Shown piece after piece: positions 50,761-61,294 of a stretch of DNA of 64,000 nucleotides. Source of the stretch: Eukaryota sp. GEM-RC1 (lineage: Eukaryota); NCBI GenBank assembly GCA_040285855.1, contig JAUFOQ010000001.1, positions 992,001 through 1,056,000 of the forward strand, given 5' to 3'. Position 1 is the stretch's first letter. Each line of letters begins with the position of its first letter. The notes under the pieces are model-generated. The model made no database searches. It had not been told where the DNA came from and saw only the letters and a list, made by a program, of their open reading frames with translations. A program made the translations under genes and the position numbers.

Positions 50761-51769
50761 ATGACTGTTGATGACACTTATTGACTGTGCGTCCCAGAAC
50801 TAATCACTCAAAATGGCAATCAATCAAAAGGAGAAGGACATATAGAACATCAGGCTGTGCTACAGAATGAATTCTGATAGGTAGAAAACAGGAAAAATTT
50901 TCTTTGTTGATGGTTTTCGTAATTAGTGTTCTAAAAAGCAACTAGAATGAAAACCACAGATTGAACAATTCGAATTTCAACTATCATCTCAATGAAAAGA
51001 CGAAAAAAACTATCATTTTGCCAATTAAATAATAAAAGTTTCTTTCATTATTCTGGTTTAATATCGAAGATATTATTGAAAAATGAAAATATATAGGTAC
51101 ATAATGTGAAGTAAATATGGACAGAAACTAAAAGATTTGTTTAAGAATTCCAAGTCATTGCAATTACTCAATTTTAATTACAATCCTCATAATGTGAAAA
51201 CAACAACGAAACCCTTCAACTTTAAATTTCCCAATCAAGTACATGTAAGAACAGACACTGCATCTGCTCTCAAGAGGTTGGCAAAGAAATTCAGTTGAGG
51301 AATGTTTTTATAAACCACATGAAACGTGTTTGTTTGAAGAAACACGTTGGCTGATTGATGATGAGATTCAAATGATGACTGACATATTCGACTTTTTGAA
51401 AGAATGAGGGTAAGATAAAAATTGTTGCAGACGAAACTCTCCGTGATTGACATTGAAAGGACACATTGTGATACAAGCAAGTTAGAATTGAGAACAACAA
51501 ATACTGCTGGAAAACGTAAGAACTTGAAGGAAGACGTAAGCCATGAGAACCAAACCGACAGTGTATCAGAGTTAGGTTGCGGGGAGGAGATACTAGAAGA
51601 GAAGGAAATATTGAACACTTAACTACTAGTAAGTGTTACATTATCATCAAATGAACGACTACTGTTCAGTGGAGGTTCAGGATTAGACATGTAGTTTTGG
51701 TGAAAGGCTACAAGAACATTGATCTCCCGTTTTGATCTGATTTACTTATCTCCTTTTCTATTGCTTCTA

Positions 51770-53296
51770 ATGTCATTCTCTCTTCCCCCAGCTGAAACTC
51801 TTGCAATTATCCTCGATGATCCCTCTCTATGTAACCAAACCATTACATTCGGTGGTGAATCAATCCAGGTAAACAAATCTGTCATTGCTGCGCACTCAAC
51901 GTACTTCCGATCCCTCTGGTTCTTGGAGTTCGGAGATAAACTCGAGAATCCCATCGACTTCTCCCATCTTCCCGTCGATTCCGATAACTTCTTCGCTTTT
52001 ATCAAGTCCTTCTTCGGCAAATCATTCACCCTCTACGAAAGCAACGCCTACAACTTCTTTTACCTCGTCCACTACTTCCAAGTGGACAAACTCATTCACC
52101 ACGTTGAAAACCACCTAAACACTCATCTAGTGACATGGGCTTGGTTAAAACCATTCATTAAAGAAGCAAATGAACGAAATGACTTGAGAGCTCTTGAATT
52201 CGTTGGTCCTTTCTTTTCCAAGATTGATGACCTATTGATTGATGACGTGATGGCAATCAGTACTGAAGGGTTTAAAACGCTTGTAAAATACTGCACTTCC
52301 ACTCAATCGCAATCGTGGTTCATCAAATCAATGGTGCAATCAATTTTGAATGAAAGTTTCGATTTGAATGAATTTTTAAATATACTAAATTCTTGTTCAA
52401 TTGAAGCCTTTTCTTTTCAACAATGGGATGAGTTTCTGTTTGTTCCTTTAAAAGATGTTGTAGATTTGGAAGCCGATTTGATGAAGTTTTTGTTTACAAG
52501 AGTCAAGAATCTTTATTTTGATTCGTTGGTGAAGGAAAATTCTGATTTGAAGGAAGAAAATTCTAACTTAAACTCTCTTACTACTGATTTATCAAAGGAA
52601 AATCAGGACTTAAAGATAGAAATTTGTGGTTTAACCACAGAAGTTCATGATTCAAAAGCAGAAAACTCTCATTTAAAAACAACAAATTCTGCTTTATCCA
52701 TGAAAATTCAGAATTTAACGGCTACAAATTCTAGCTCTCTTAATGAAATCACTCAATTAAGACGAGAAATCGAACAACTAAAAAGGACATCCACAGAAAC
52801 TCAACTTATGTCACAATCAAAAATGATTAGATTCTCCCCAACTAAGAAACATTCTCAGTTACAAGTGAGTGGGAATAGAAAGAGAGTAGTTCATGGAAGC
52901 GATATTGATGGGAATAGAAATATCTTGGGAGAAGATCCACTTCTTCCAGGTAATGTGTATACTTGGAAGTTGAGGTACCAGGGGTATACTAGTCGTCTTT
53001 TTGTTGGAGTCATTGACGAGTCAAAGTTTAGAGTTGATGGTGATAGTTGTGAGAATGCTCACGGTGTTTTTAATCATGATTACGTTTATGGTTGTCTCTC
53101 AGGAAGCAGAGCTAAGTGGAATCCTGGGGAATTGCTGGAAATCAATGCAAATCTAATTCATTACACTTTTACAATCAAATCCGTTAGTAATTCTTCAATT
53201 AATCTGACTGGAACTCTTCCCAGATTAAGTAGTGGTAATTATTATCCATTTGCTAGGTTACATCATAGTGATCATGAACTTGAAATCGTTGAATAA
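51770..53296 (+). CDS. BTB-long coiled coil-SPRY protein, copy 3 (intact, 508 aa, divergent BTB subfamily)
   Basis: Single open frame; BTB QTITFGGESIQVNKSVIAAHSTYFRSLW; ~90-aa heptad region; complete SPRY ending YYPFARLHHSDHELEIVE*. Confidence 0.92.
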   Translation: MSFSLPPAETLAIILDDPSLCNQTITFGGESIQVNKSVIAAHSTYFRSLWFLEFGDKLENPIDFSHLPVDSDNFFAFIKSFFGKSFTLYESNAYNFFYLVHYFQVDKLIHHVENHLNTHLVTWAWLKPFIKEANERNDLRALEFVGPFFSKIDDLLIDDVMAISTEGFKTLVKYCTSTQSQSWFIKSMVQSILNESFDLNEFLNILNSCSIEAFSFQQWDEFLFVPLKDVVDLEADLMKFLFTRVKNLYFDSLVKENSDLKEENSNLNSLTTDLSKENQDLKIEICGLTTEVHDSKAENSHLKTTNSALSMKIQNLTATNSSSLNEITQLRREIEQLKRTSTETQLMSQSKMIRFSPTKKHSQLQVSGNRKRVVHGSDIDGNRNILGEDPLLPGNVYTWKLRYQGYTSRLFVGVIDESKFRVDGDSCENAHGVFNHDYVYGCLSGSRAKWNPGELLEINANLIHYTFTIKSVSNSSINLTGTLPRLSSGNYYPFARLHHSDHELEIVE

Positions 53297-53547
53297 AGTT
53301 GATAACAATGTCATTGTGGGTAAGTCTCCTCATTTAAAGCAGTTATTCAAATTAATTTATGAATTCTCTTGGGTTAAGTGCACTATACATACCTTTCGAG
53401 GCGTAGAGGAGACTTTATAATCAATGATACCTCAAGGGGAATGTAAGGAGAAAAACCTTAAACTATAATCTATAAATTACCATTTAACCTACAACAATTC
53501 TGCGTAACTAATTCGAGTAGATGGCGTCAACTACTAGAAGTTGGCTT

Positions 53548-54258
53548 TTAGTTGGGGTTGAGAATCAAGAGAAGAAGGAGAAATAAGTCTACTAGAATTC
53601 TCACATTTCTGGAGATGTGGAGATGGAAGTCAGTTGGAGGAAGAGGTTCGTCTTTAGGGTGGTGAGGAGTAGTGTGGGATGTTTCATCCTCTACTTCCTC
53701 CTCAATAGCAGATTCAGTGTCTAATACTTCGGCACCGGCAGTGAGTTGTTCTCTAAGTTCGGGGGAAAGGTTTAACCGGAGCAGGGCTTCAAGGGAACTT
53801 ACGGTAGGTTCTTCAGCGGGAGGAGTTACCTCGGCTGGAATATCAAATAAATATCTGTTGAGGATCTCGTTGAAACCAACCAACAACTTAGGAGCATACT
53901 CAGCACCGTCTTCATGTTTCCCAAAGAAGGTTGGAGATATATTTTGAGTTTCCCACAAAAAATAATACAACAATGGTACATAAGCCCAAGAATCCAGTCA
54001 AAAGATGGAAGAACTCTGTATATTTATCATTGTCAAGATCATTTTTGGCAACTCCGTATGCAGCTAGATCTGACTGTGGTTTTTAGCTTTTCCTCGCTCA
54101 GAAGCATCATACCTGGCCTTATCAGTTATGCAGGCTGGGCTGTCGAAATGGCACCACTCCCCATCAATGGAACAATTGAGCACCATATCACCATGTCGAC
54201 GATCATTTAATTTGATATAGTTGTCTCCCAGATTAATTAATTTTCGCTTCAAGTGCAT
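53548..54258 (-). pseudogene. Interrupted hypothetical ORF, weak resemblance to a Ulp1/adenain-type cysteine protease
   Basis: Same-frame ORFs 54064-54258 and 53548-53973 separated by stops; WCHFDSP and Q...DSWAYV spacing only; catalytic Cys not seen. Confidence 0.2.
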
Positions 54259-54826
54259 ACAAGCCTTTTTAGATTTTCTAGGTAAATCCCCAAAAGATAA
54301 TAATGAGCCTTTGCAGTCCTCATTGCATTTATTATATACCTTGTAGTTTTCTTCTTGACAACTTTCAGAGGAATTGGATTCTTAGTCACTGGGCTGGCCT
54401 TGGTGTAAGTTATGGTGGCATGACTTAGTACATCGTAAGGTAGAACATCAATCTATTCCCCAGAAAAACATCTGTACGAATAAACCAATAATTAATCACC
54501 ACTTTGGTTGCGGATCCATTGTAGTTTTAATAAACAAATGTAAAAATAAAAAGGATTATGTAGAAAAACTTTAAATTAAATATACATATAAAATCTAAAG
54601 ATGATACAATAAATAGAGGATTCATGTTCATAAACAACTACCATACAATTCATCTAATATACTACTAGACACCGTTTCCATTTCTTCACATATGTACTAA
54701 CTAGACCATTTCATCTGAAACTCACATCCTCAGTCTTTCTTATTGTATGTAACCAAGACAAAATTCTGCAAAAAAAAGTTTTATTAGGCAAAAACAACGC
54801 TGTTCATCAAAGGCTAAATCAGTTGA

Positions 54827-55740
54827 TTGATTGAGATTTTGAAAAACAAGTATCATTTGCTTTGCAGCGAAAATACACCATCACTTGAGAGGCTTATCTC
54901 ATTACAATTTACTAAGTTGACTGTTCATTTTTTCCGTCACTTCTATAAAATGAGGAGAAAATTTGTGGGTCATTTAGTAGGAATTACAGATAATGCACTT
55001 CCTTGTCATTGCTTTAATTCAACATCTGTTGGTGGCATTGGTCTATCCAAAGGAAAATCCATGCACGAAGATGCTTTTTTGGGTTCTTTGGAAAACTTGA
55101 ATTTAAAATTCGTTATCCACTTTTATGGAAATCTAAAACAATCTTACTGTCTTCAGAATGTTCTTGGATCAAAAGTTTTCAGAATATTGTTGATGGTCCT
55201 GATAGTACTCTTTGGTCTGCTTTAAATTGATTGAGCAGATGTGGACAGTTATAAGTAGTTTAACGGAAATCCAACAAGAGGTGCTGTTGACAAGACTCGA
55301 AAGTGTACTCTAGCTGCAACAAGTCCAAGAGATCCCACAGGCCCCCATCCGAGAAGAACTGCGCTCCCGTGGTAGACCTTAGGATCTCGAGCAAGACTTG
55401 CCTCAGAGTTTGGAAGTAATTCTTATGCTGATGATACATCTTTGGTTGGTACTTTTGATTTGCTTACTCGTGGTTTTGTTCGATTTGTTAATCTGTCAGA
55501 GTCAATTGGGTTATCAATTAAAATTAAGAAGTGTGTCATTACTGGTCGCAAAAGAGTTTCATTTTCATTTGTATACAATGACCCGATTTCTTTTGTCAAT
55601 TACTCAGAAGACAGTATAAAACTTCCAGGTAATTGCATTGGTAAATTGAATGAAACAAAGAAAAAGTTAAAAGATAAGAATGATTCCGTTTTCTGCAAAT
55701 TGACACAAATTTTAAATTTGGATGTTGGCAAGCAAGTGCA
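54827..55740 (+). mobile_element. Two rearranged fragments of a CRE-type non-LTR retrotransposon, including the RT YADD motif
   Basis: LPCHCFNSTSVGGIGLSK matches LPGHCFTSTCFGGVGFSK of the 38-kb element. SYADDTS lies at 55421-55441, followed by IGLSIKIKKC...FVNYS...LDVGKQ. Confidence 0.8.
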
Positions 55741-56118
55741 TTTGAGCGACGTCGTTCAATATCATTGTTCTCATCAACACGATCAGGTCTACGGAAAGCA
55801 GCACAAGAAGATCAACACGTACAAGGCCTTCATTACCACCATCGGTACGGAGAGAGACATCACGAGCCCACTTTTGCAGAGAGTTCAAAACATCTTCATA
55901 ACAATCAAAAATCATCAAACTATCAGGAACTGGTGTTGTTGGATTGATTGTAGGGTCCTCCACATTTAAGACAATGTTTTGGTTTAAGCTCATATATATT
56001 AATAGGGGAAAGTACATGTATACCCCTCTGACAAAATATAAGTACATTTCTACCCCCACATATTTCCCTTAGAACAAACCTACCCCTTCACCAAATGGAT
56101 CCCTAAGAAATCTCTGAA

Positions 56119-56859
56119 TTAACAGCCAAGAATTCTGATTTAGAAAGCAACAACTCTGACTTAAACTCACTCACTACTGATTTAACCACGAAAAATCATG
56201 ATTTGGAACTAACAATTTCTGAATTATACATGTTAAATTCTACTTTAACTACTGATAATCAGAACTGTAAAGCTGAAATTTTTAAAATTGTCGCTGATAA
56301 CACTAAACTACAACAAGAAATAGAACAACTAAAACAGACAGCTACAGAAACTCAACTTGTGTCTCAATCAGTTCCTCAATCAAAAATGATTAGTTTCTCT
56401 CAAATTAGGAAAAATTCTGAGTTACAAGTTAGTGGGGATAGAAAGAAAGTTGTTGTTGAAAGTGGTGGTAATGGGTATAGAAATATCTTGGGAGAAGACC
56501 CACTTCTTCCAGGTAATGTGTATACTTGGAAGTTGAGGTACCAGGGGAGTACTAGTGATCTTTATGTTGGAGTCATTGACAAATCAAAGTTTAGTGTTGG
56601 TGGTGGTGCTGGGCGTCACCATCACTGTTATGGAATTGGTAATCGTATTAAAGGTTGTCTCTCAGGAAACAGTGCCAAGTTGAATCCTGGTGAATTACTC
56701 GAAATCAATGCCAATCTAATTAATCACACTTTAACCATCAAATCCATGAGTAATTTTTCAATTAATCTTACTGAAACTCTTCCCAGATTAAGTAGTGATA
56801 ATTATTATCCATGGGCTTTGTTACATCGTAGTAATCATGTACTTGAAATCGTTGAATAA
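56119..56859 (+). pseudogene. 5'-truncated coiled coil-SPRY, copy 4 (no BTB)
   Basis: Frame opens at LTAKNSDLESNNSDLNSLTTDL (cf. copy 3 KENSDLKEENSNLNSLTTDL); SPRY intact to TAA. Confidence 0.8.
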
Positions 56860-58119
56860 AGTTGATAATATTGTCATTGTGGTTAAGTCTTTTATAAGAG
56901 GATCACCTGACTGATAAAAACAAAAAGTTTGTTAAGAAGTAGCTAAACTGTCTTTCAATTCATGACTAGTTTTCAAGATAAGATAATTATTGAACTTAAT
57001 AAAACCGTGCAACTAGAACACGATGTATCCTTAACAGTTGTAATTTGACTGTAATTTAGTCAACATAAAACTTAGTTGTGGGTTTGACTCAAAGAAGTAC
57101 ACATGCCCCCCATATTCAATTTCAGAATAGTACGTCAGAATTTACTTCAAATCGACGAACTTTGTGGATTTAGATGTGGTACATTTTTTAAATAATGTAC
57201 ATGTATTTTATGATTGTTTGTTTTGAAGATGTTTTGAATCACCAATAAGTCTTTAATACAATTGAATTTTTTTCTGAACGGGTGCTCACAGGTACACATC
57301 ACTATTTAGTAACAATGAGGCTAATTGTTTTCAGACTTCAGCTACCGTCAATTTACTCGTGTCGCCTGTTCTAATAACAACCTTGTGTATGAATATGATC
57401 ATAGAAATAGTACTGGTAAATCCTCAATATCATGTAGCTATACTAACGAGTTTTAACACTAATAAGAACAACCTTTGTTCAATATCCCCTTTGTACAAGA
57501 GTTTGTAGGTTTTGGACGCTCAATATCTTTAGAAGCATCAAGACATCAAGGTACTGAACCATGGGGTCAAATTTTGTTTTTTCTTCATGATTACAACCAT
57601 GTGGTATACAGTGTCCCTCATTGGAAACATTCAGAAGGAACTTGTGACTAAATTTGAGAATCGATTGCCTTCAATTTCAAGGAATTACAATTGTTATTAC
57701 ACTGTAAATACTTAAACATACTTAGACACATGGAGACATATCTTTCACCAGACCACGTCTTATAATGGTGGTATGCTTTGACAGAGGCCAAATTCTAACG
57801 GAGTCCAAATTTCACTAAATGTGAGGAAACTTCCGAATCAAATAGAATATCATTTGATTATCATTATTATGCCAGTTTGAACCTTAAACAACGAGAGAAG
57901 AAATTCCAAGTGTAAGGAATGTCATTAGAATCAGTTTGATTGAGTTTGTTTGTAACTGCTTCCCAGTGTATTACTTCCATTTTTTTTAAGTGCATTGCAA
58001 ATACCTCTGAATGCACACGTGGACTTGTGCAGATACAGCTAACACAAGAACAACGGTTGTGGTAGTAGTAAGCTTAGAACAGAGCTATTACGGTGATCTA
58101 TACAACAAATTTCTGTTTT

Positions 58120-59474
58120 ATGTCATTTTCCCTTCTACCAGCAGAAACTCTCAGCTGCATCCTCACTGGCCCCTCGTTCTCTGATCAAACCATTTCCTTT
58201 GGGGAAGAGTCTATTGAAGTGAACAAAACTGTTCTTGCTGCGAGTTCCACCTACTTTCATTCTCTCTGGTTCTTGGAGTTTGGGGACAAACACGATAACC
58301 CCATTGACTTCTCACATCTTCTCGGGGGTTCGACCACTTTCTTTTCTTTCATCAAATCTTTCTACGGGAAGCCATTCACTCTCACTGACAGTAATGCGTA
58401 CCACTTCTTCTATCTAATCCACTACTTCCAAGTGAACAAGTTGATTGACCAGTTTGACAACCACCTCAACACTCATCTCGTAACCTGGGCTTGGTTAAAA
58501 CCATTCATTACAGAAGCAGATGAAAGAAATGACTTGAGAGCTCTGGAATTCGTTGGTCCTTCCTTCTCTAAGATTGATGACCTGTTGATTGATGACGTCA
58601 TGGCAATCAGTACTGAAGGGTTTCAATCGCTTGTAAAATACTGCACTTCCACTCAATCACTGTCATGGTTCATTAAATCATTGGTGAGCGCAATCCTCAA
58701 TCAAAATTTCGATTTGAATGAGGTCCCCAATATTTTAAATTCTTGTTCAGTCGAAGCTCTCTCTTTACAACAATGGAAAGAGTATTTATTTATTCCTTTA
58801 AAACATGTAGAAGAATTGGAGACGGAGTTGATGAAGTTTTCTTTTACAAGAGTTAATGATCGTTGTGTGGACTCTTTGTCGAAGGAAAATTCTGATTTAA
58901 AAGAAGAACATTCAAAATATATCAGAGAAATTACCAAATTACATCAAGAAATTGAACAATTAAAAAAGACAGCTTCAGAAACTCACCTAGCACCTAAACG
59001 TATTAAATTGTCACAAACTAGAAAACATTCTGAGTTACATGTTAGTGAAGATAGAACAAGAGTTGTTGTTGGAACTAGTGGTGATAAGTGGAGAAGTATC
59101 TTGGGAGAAGATCCGCTTCTTCCAGGTAATGACTATACTTGGAAGTTGAGGTACCAGGGGGGTACTATAAGTCTTTTGTTGGAGTCATTGAAGAGTCTGA
59201 GTTTAGTGTTGATGATGAGTGTTATGTCAATGCTCACGGAATTTTTAACGGTAATGGTAATTTTTACGGTTGTCTCACAGGAACCAGTACTCAGTGGAAT
59301 CCTGGTGAATTACTCGAAATCAATGTAAATCTAATTGATTACACCTTAACAATCAAATCCGTGAGTAATTCTTCAATTAATCTCACTGGAACTCTTCCCA
59401 GGTTAGGTAGTGGAAATTATTATCCATTTGCTTCATTATATTGGACTTATCATGAACTTGAAATCTTTGAATAA
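58120..59474 (+). CDS. BTB-coiled coil-SPRY protein, copy 5 (1-nt deletion in T-run ~59175)
   Basis: ORFs 58093-59328 and 59139-59474 join at CTTTT[T]GTT; same architecture as copies 1 and 2. Confidence 0.85.
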
Positions 59475-59942
59475 AAACATTGTTCTTTTAGGGTAAGTGT
59501 CCTCATTTAAAGCAGTGATTTACATTAATATATGAATTCTGAAACTAAATCGAGTAGATGAATGTTAATTATATATATCAACATAGCGGAACTCCTATTG
59601 GACGTAATAATTGAGTTTGTTTTCAAATAGCAAATATTTGCATTTTGAATGGTTTCTTACCATATGTTCACAAACATTTGTTTGCATTAGTACGGATAAC
59701 AGATCGCGATTCATGCCGATCTGCCACTGGTTCATAGAAATACAAACATACTTTGATGTATGTAGTTATATGTTGTCCCTGTTATCTATAAACACCATCT
59801 TGTCATTTCTAGAACGGTTCTGACACATTGAACATTTAAACAACATCTATTGTATTGAAAGAAGCATTTTCTTTCAGATCTCTAAGGATTCTGCTTCAAA
59901 TTTTCTCAACTACCACACCCCTAATTCATCAACCGTTGATCT

Positions 59943-60563
59943 ATGGATGATCACATAAAAGTGATACTTCTTGGAGATAGTGCAACTGGGAAGAGCTGTC
60001 TTGTGCGGCGCTTCATTGAAGACACATATGATAATTCAACAGAAATTGTTTGTTGAGATCACATGGCTCATTCTCAGCAACTCGGCGCTGCCTTTGCAGC
60101 TAAGACTGTCTCTTACCAGTCCTGCTCTTACCGTCTTGGTGTTTGTCTTTCTTCCTTGCATTCTAATTCTTTAGGTTTGGGATACAGCTGGTAGTGAACG
60201 TTTTGAAGCCATGTCTCGTATCTACTACAGAAATGCACAAGCCGCTATCATTTGCTTCGATTCCTCCAACTCCTCCACTCTGACAAGAGCCGTCTTTTGG
60301 ATGAACGAGCTCCAACTACACGAACCAGACTGTCTCATCTTTTGACTGCTACCAAGTGCGATCTCGTATCGGAAGTATCACTGCCAGAGAATGACGTTAG
60401 GTTTAGTGGAATTCAGTTGTATAAGACATCGGCCAAGGAAGGAGATGGAGTTTCTGAGTTGTTCCGTAGTATAGTTGCCCAGGTTCCAAAAACTCCACTG
60501 ATTGACGAGGATAATTGCATATTGAGGGTAAACTATCGTGAGGAATCGTCTTGTAAGTGTTGA
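59943..60563 (+). CDS. RAB24: Rab24-like small GTPase; introns 60048-60077 and 60141-60174; 1-nt deletion in T-run ~60340 (missed by the ORF track)
   Basis: [52 protein letters not shown] (Ser at the catalytic Gln position, as in Rab24); TKCD; TSAK; C-terminal CKC. Confidence 0.85.
60048..60077 (+). other. 30-nt intron in the Rab gene
   Basis: GTTTGTTGAGATCACATGGCTCATTCTCAG contains an in-frame stop; phase 0. Confidence 0.8.
60141..60174 (+). other. 34-nt intron in the Rab gene
   Basis: GTTTGTCTTTCTTCCTTGCATTCTAATTCTTTAG; removal gives RLG|VWDTAG. Confidence 0.9.
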
Positions 60564-61294
60564 AGACAATTTTCAATTATTTGTTTCTTTTATTGTAATT
60601 GATGTAGTATAGTATATATTCATTTTTGATGGTGGGGTTTATACCCACTTTGACAATATTTGTTTGTTAATTTTAATGTAAACATTGATATTGGTTGTTA
60701 GGTTATGAAATCATTTTGCTAATACATTTTATCATATGACATCATGTTTTGATTGACGACATTGTAGTTGATCATGAGTTGTGACTCATGTACATTGTAT
60801 TGAAATGTTGATGTGACGAGGTCATATGATGTAGGTCACACTGAACTAGACTTGTGTAAATTTATCAGTCAAGAAACGTCATAGGTGTTTACGTATAATT
60901 TATAGTGTCTTTAATTGTACCTAGAACCTACAACATTTTAAATCAATTTGGGAGTTTTTTTAAAGGATCTTATGATCGACAAGAGTAATAGGTATTGACA
61001 ATACCGTATTGTTCACATTAGTGCTTTGTTAGAATCAGATGTCAGGACTTCAAAAAAACGTGGGAAGCTATTGATAGTGTTTAAGAAGAAGTGGCTGTTT
61101 CTCAATGCTTGAAAAGCACACTAAAACATTACAAATATAAACGAAATTGGCTTTGGAAACAAGCGCTCATGACAATTGTAATGATATCATCTTCCAGTGG
61201 TTGATGTGTTTAATTGAATTTCAGAAATCACAAAGTAACTAGAATCAATGTCTTAAAAAGGACACTTTTGCCCACAGTGACAGTGTTAACAACT

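Noticed and set aside
45774..59474. Diversity-generating retroelement (RT at 55.4 kb, orphan cassette as template repeat, SPRY ends as variable repeats)
   Set aside because: Cassette vs copy 5 differences involve C, G and T as often as A, so they are not adenine-specific. Variation includes indels across the whole domain, and the RT is a broken CRE-type non-LTR fragment.
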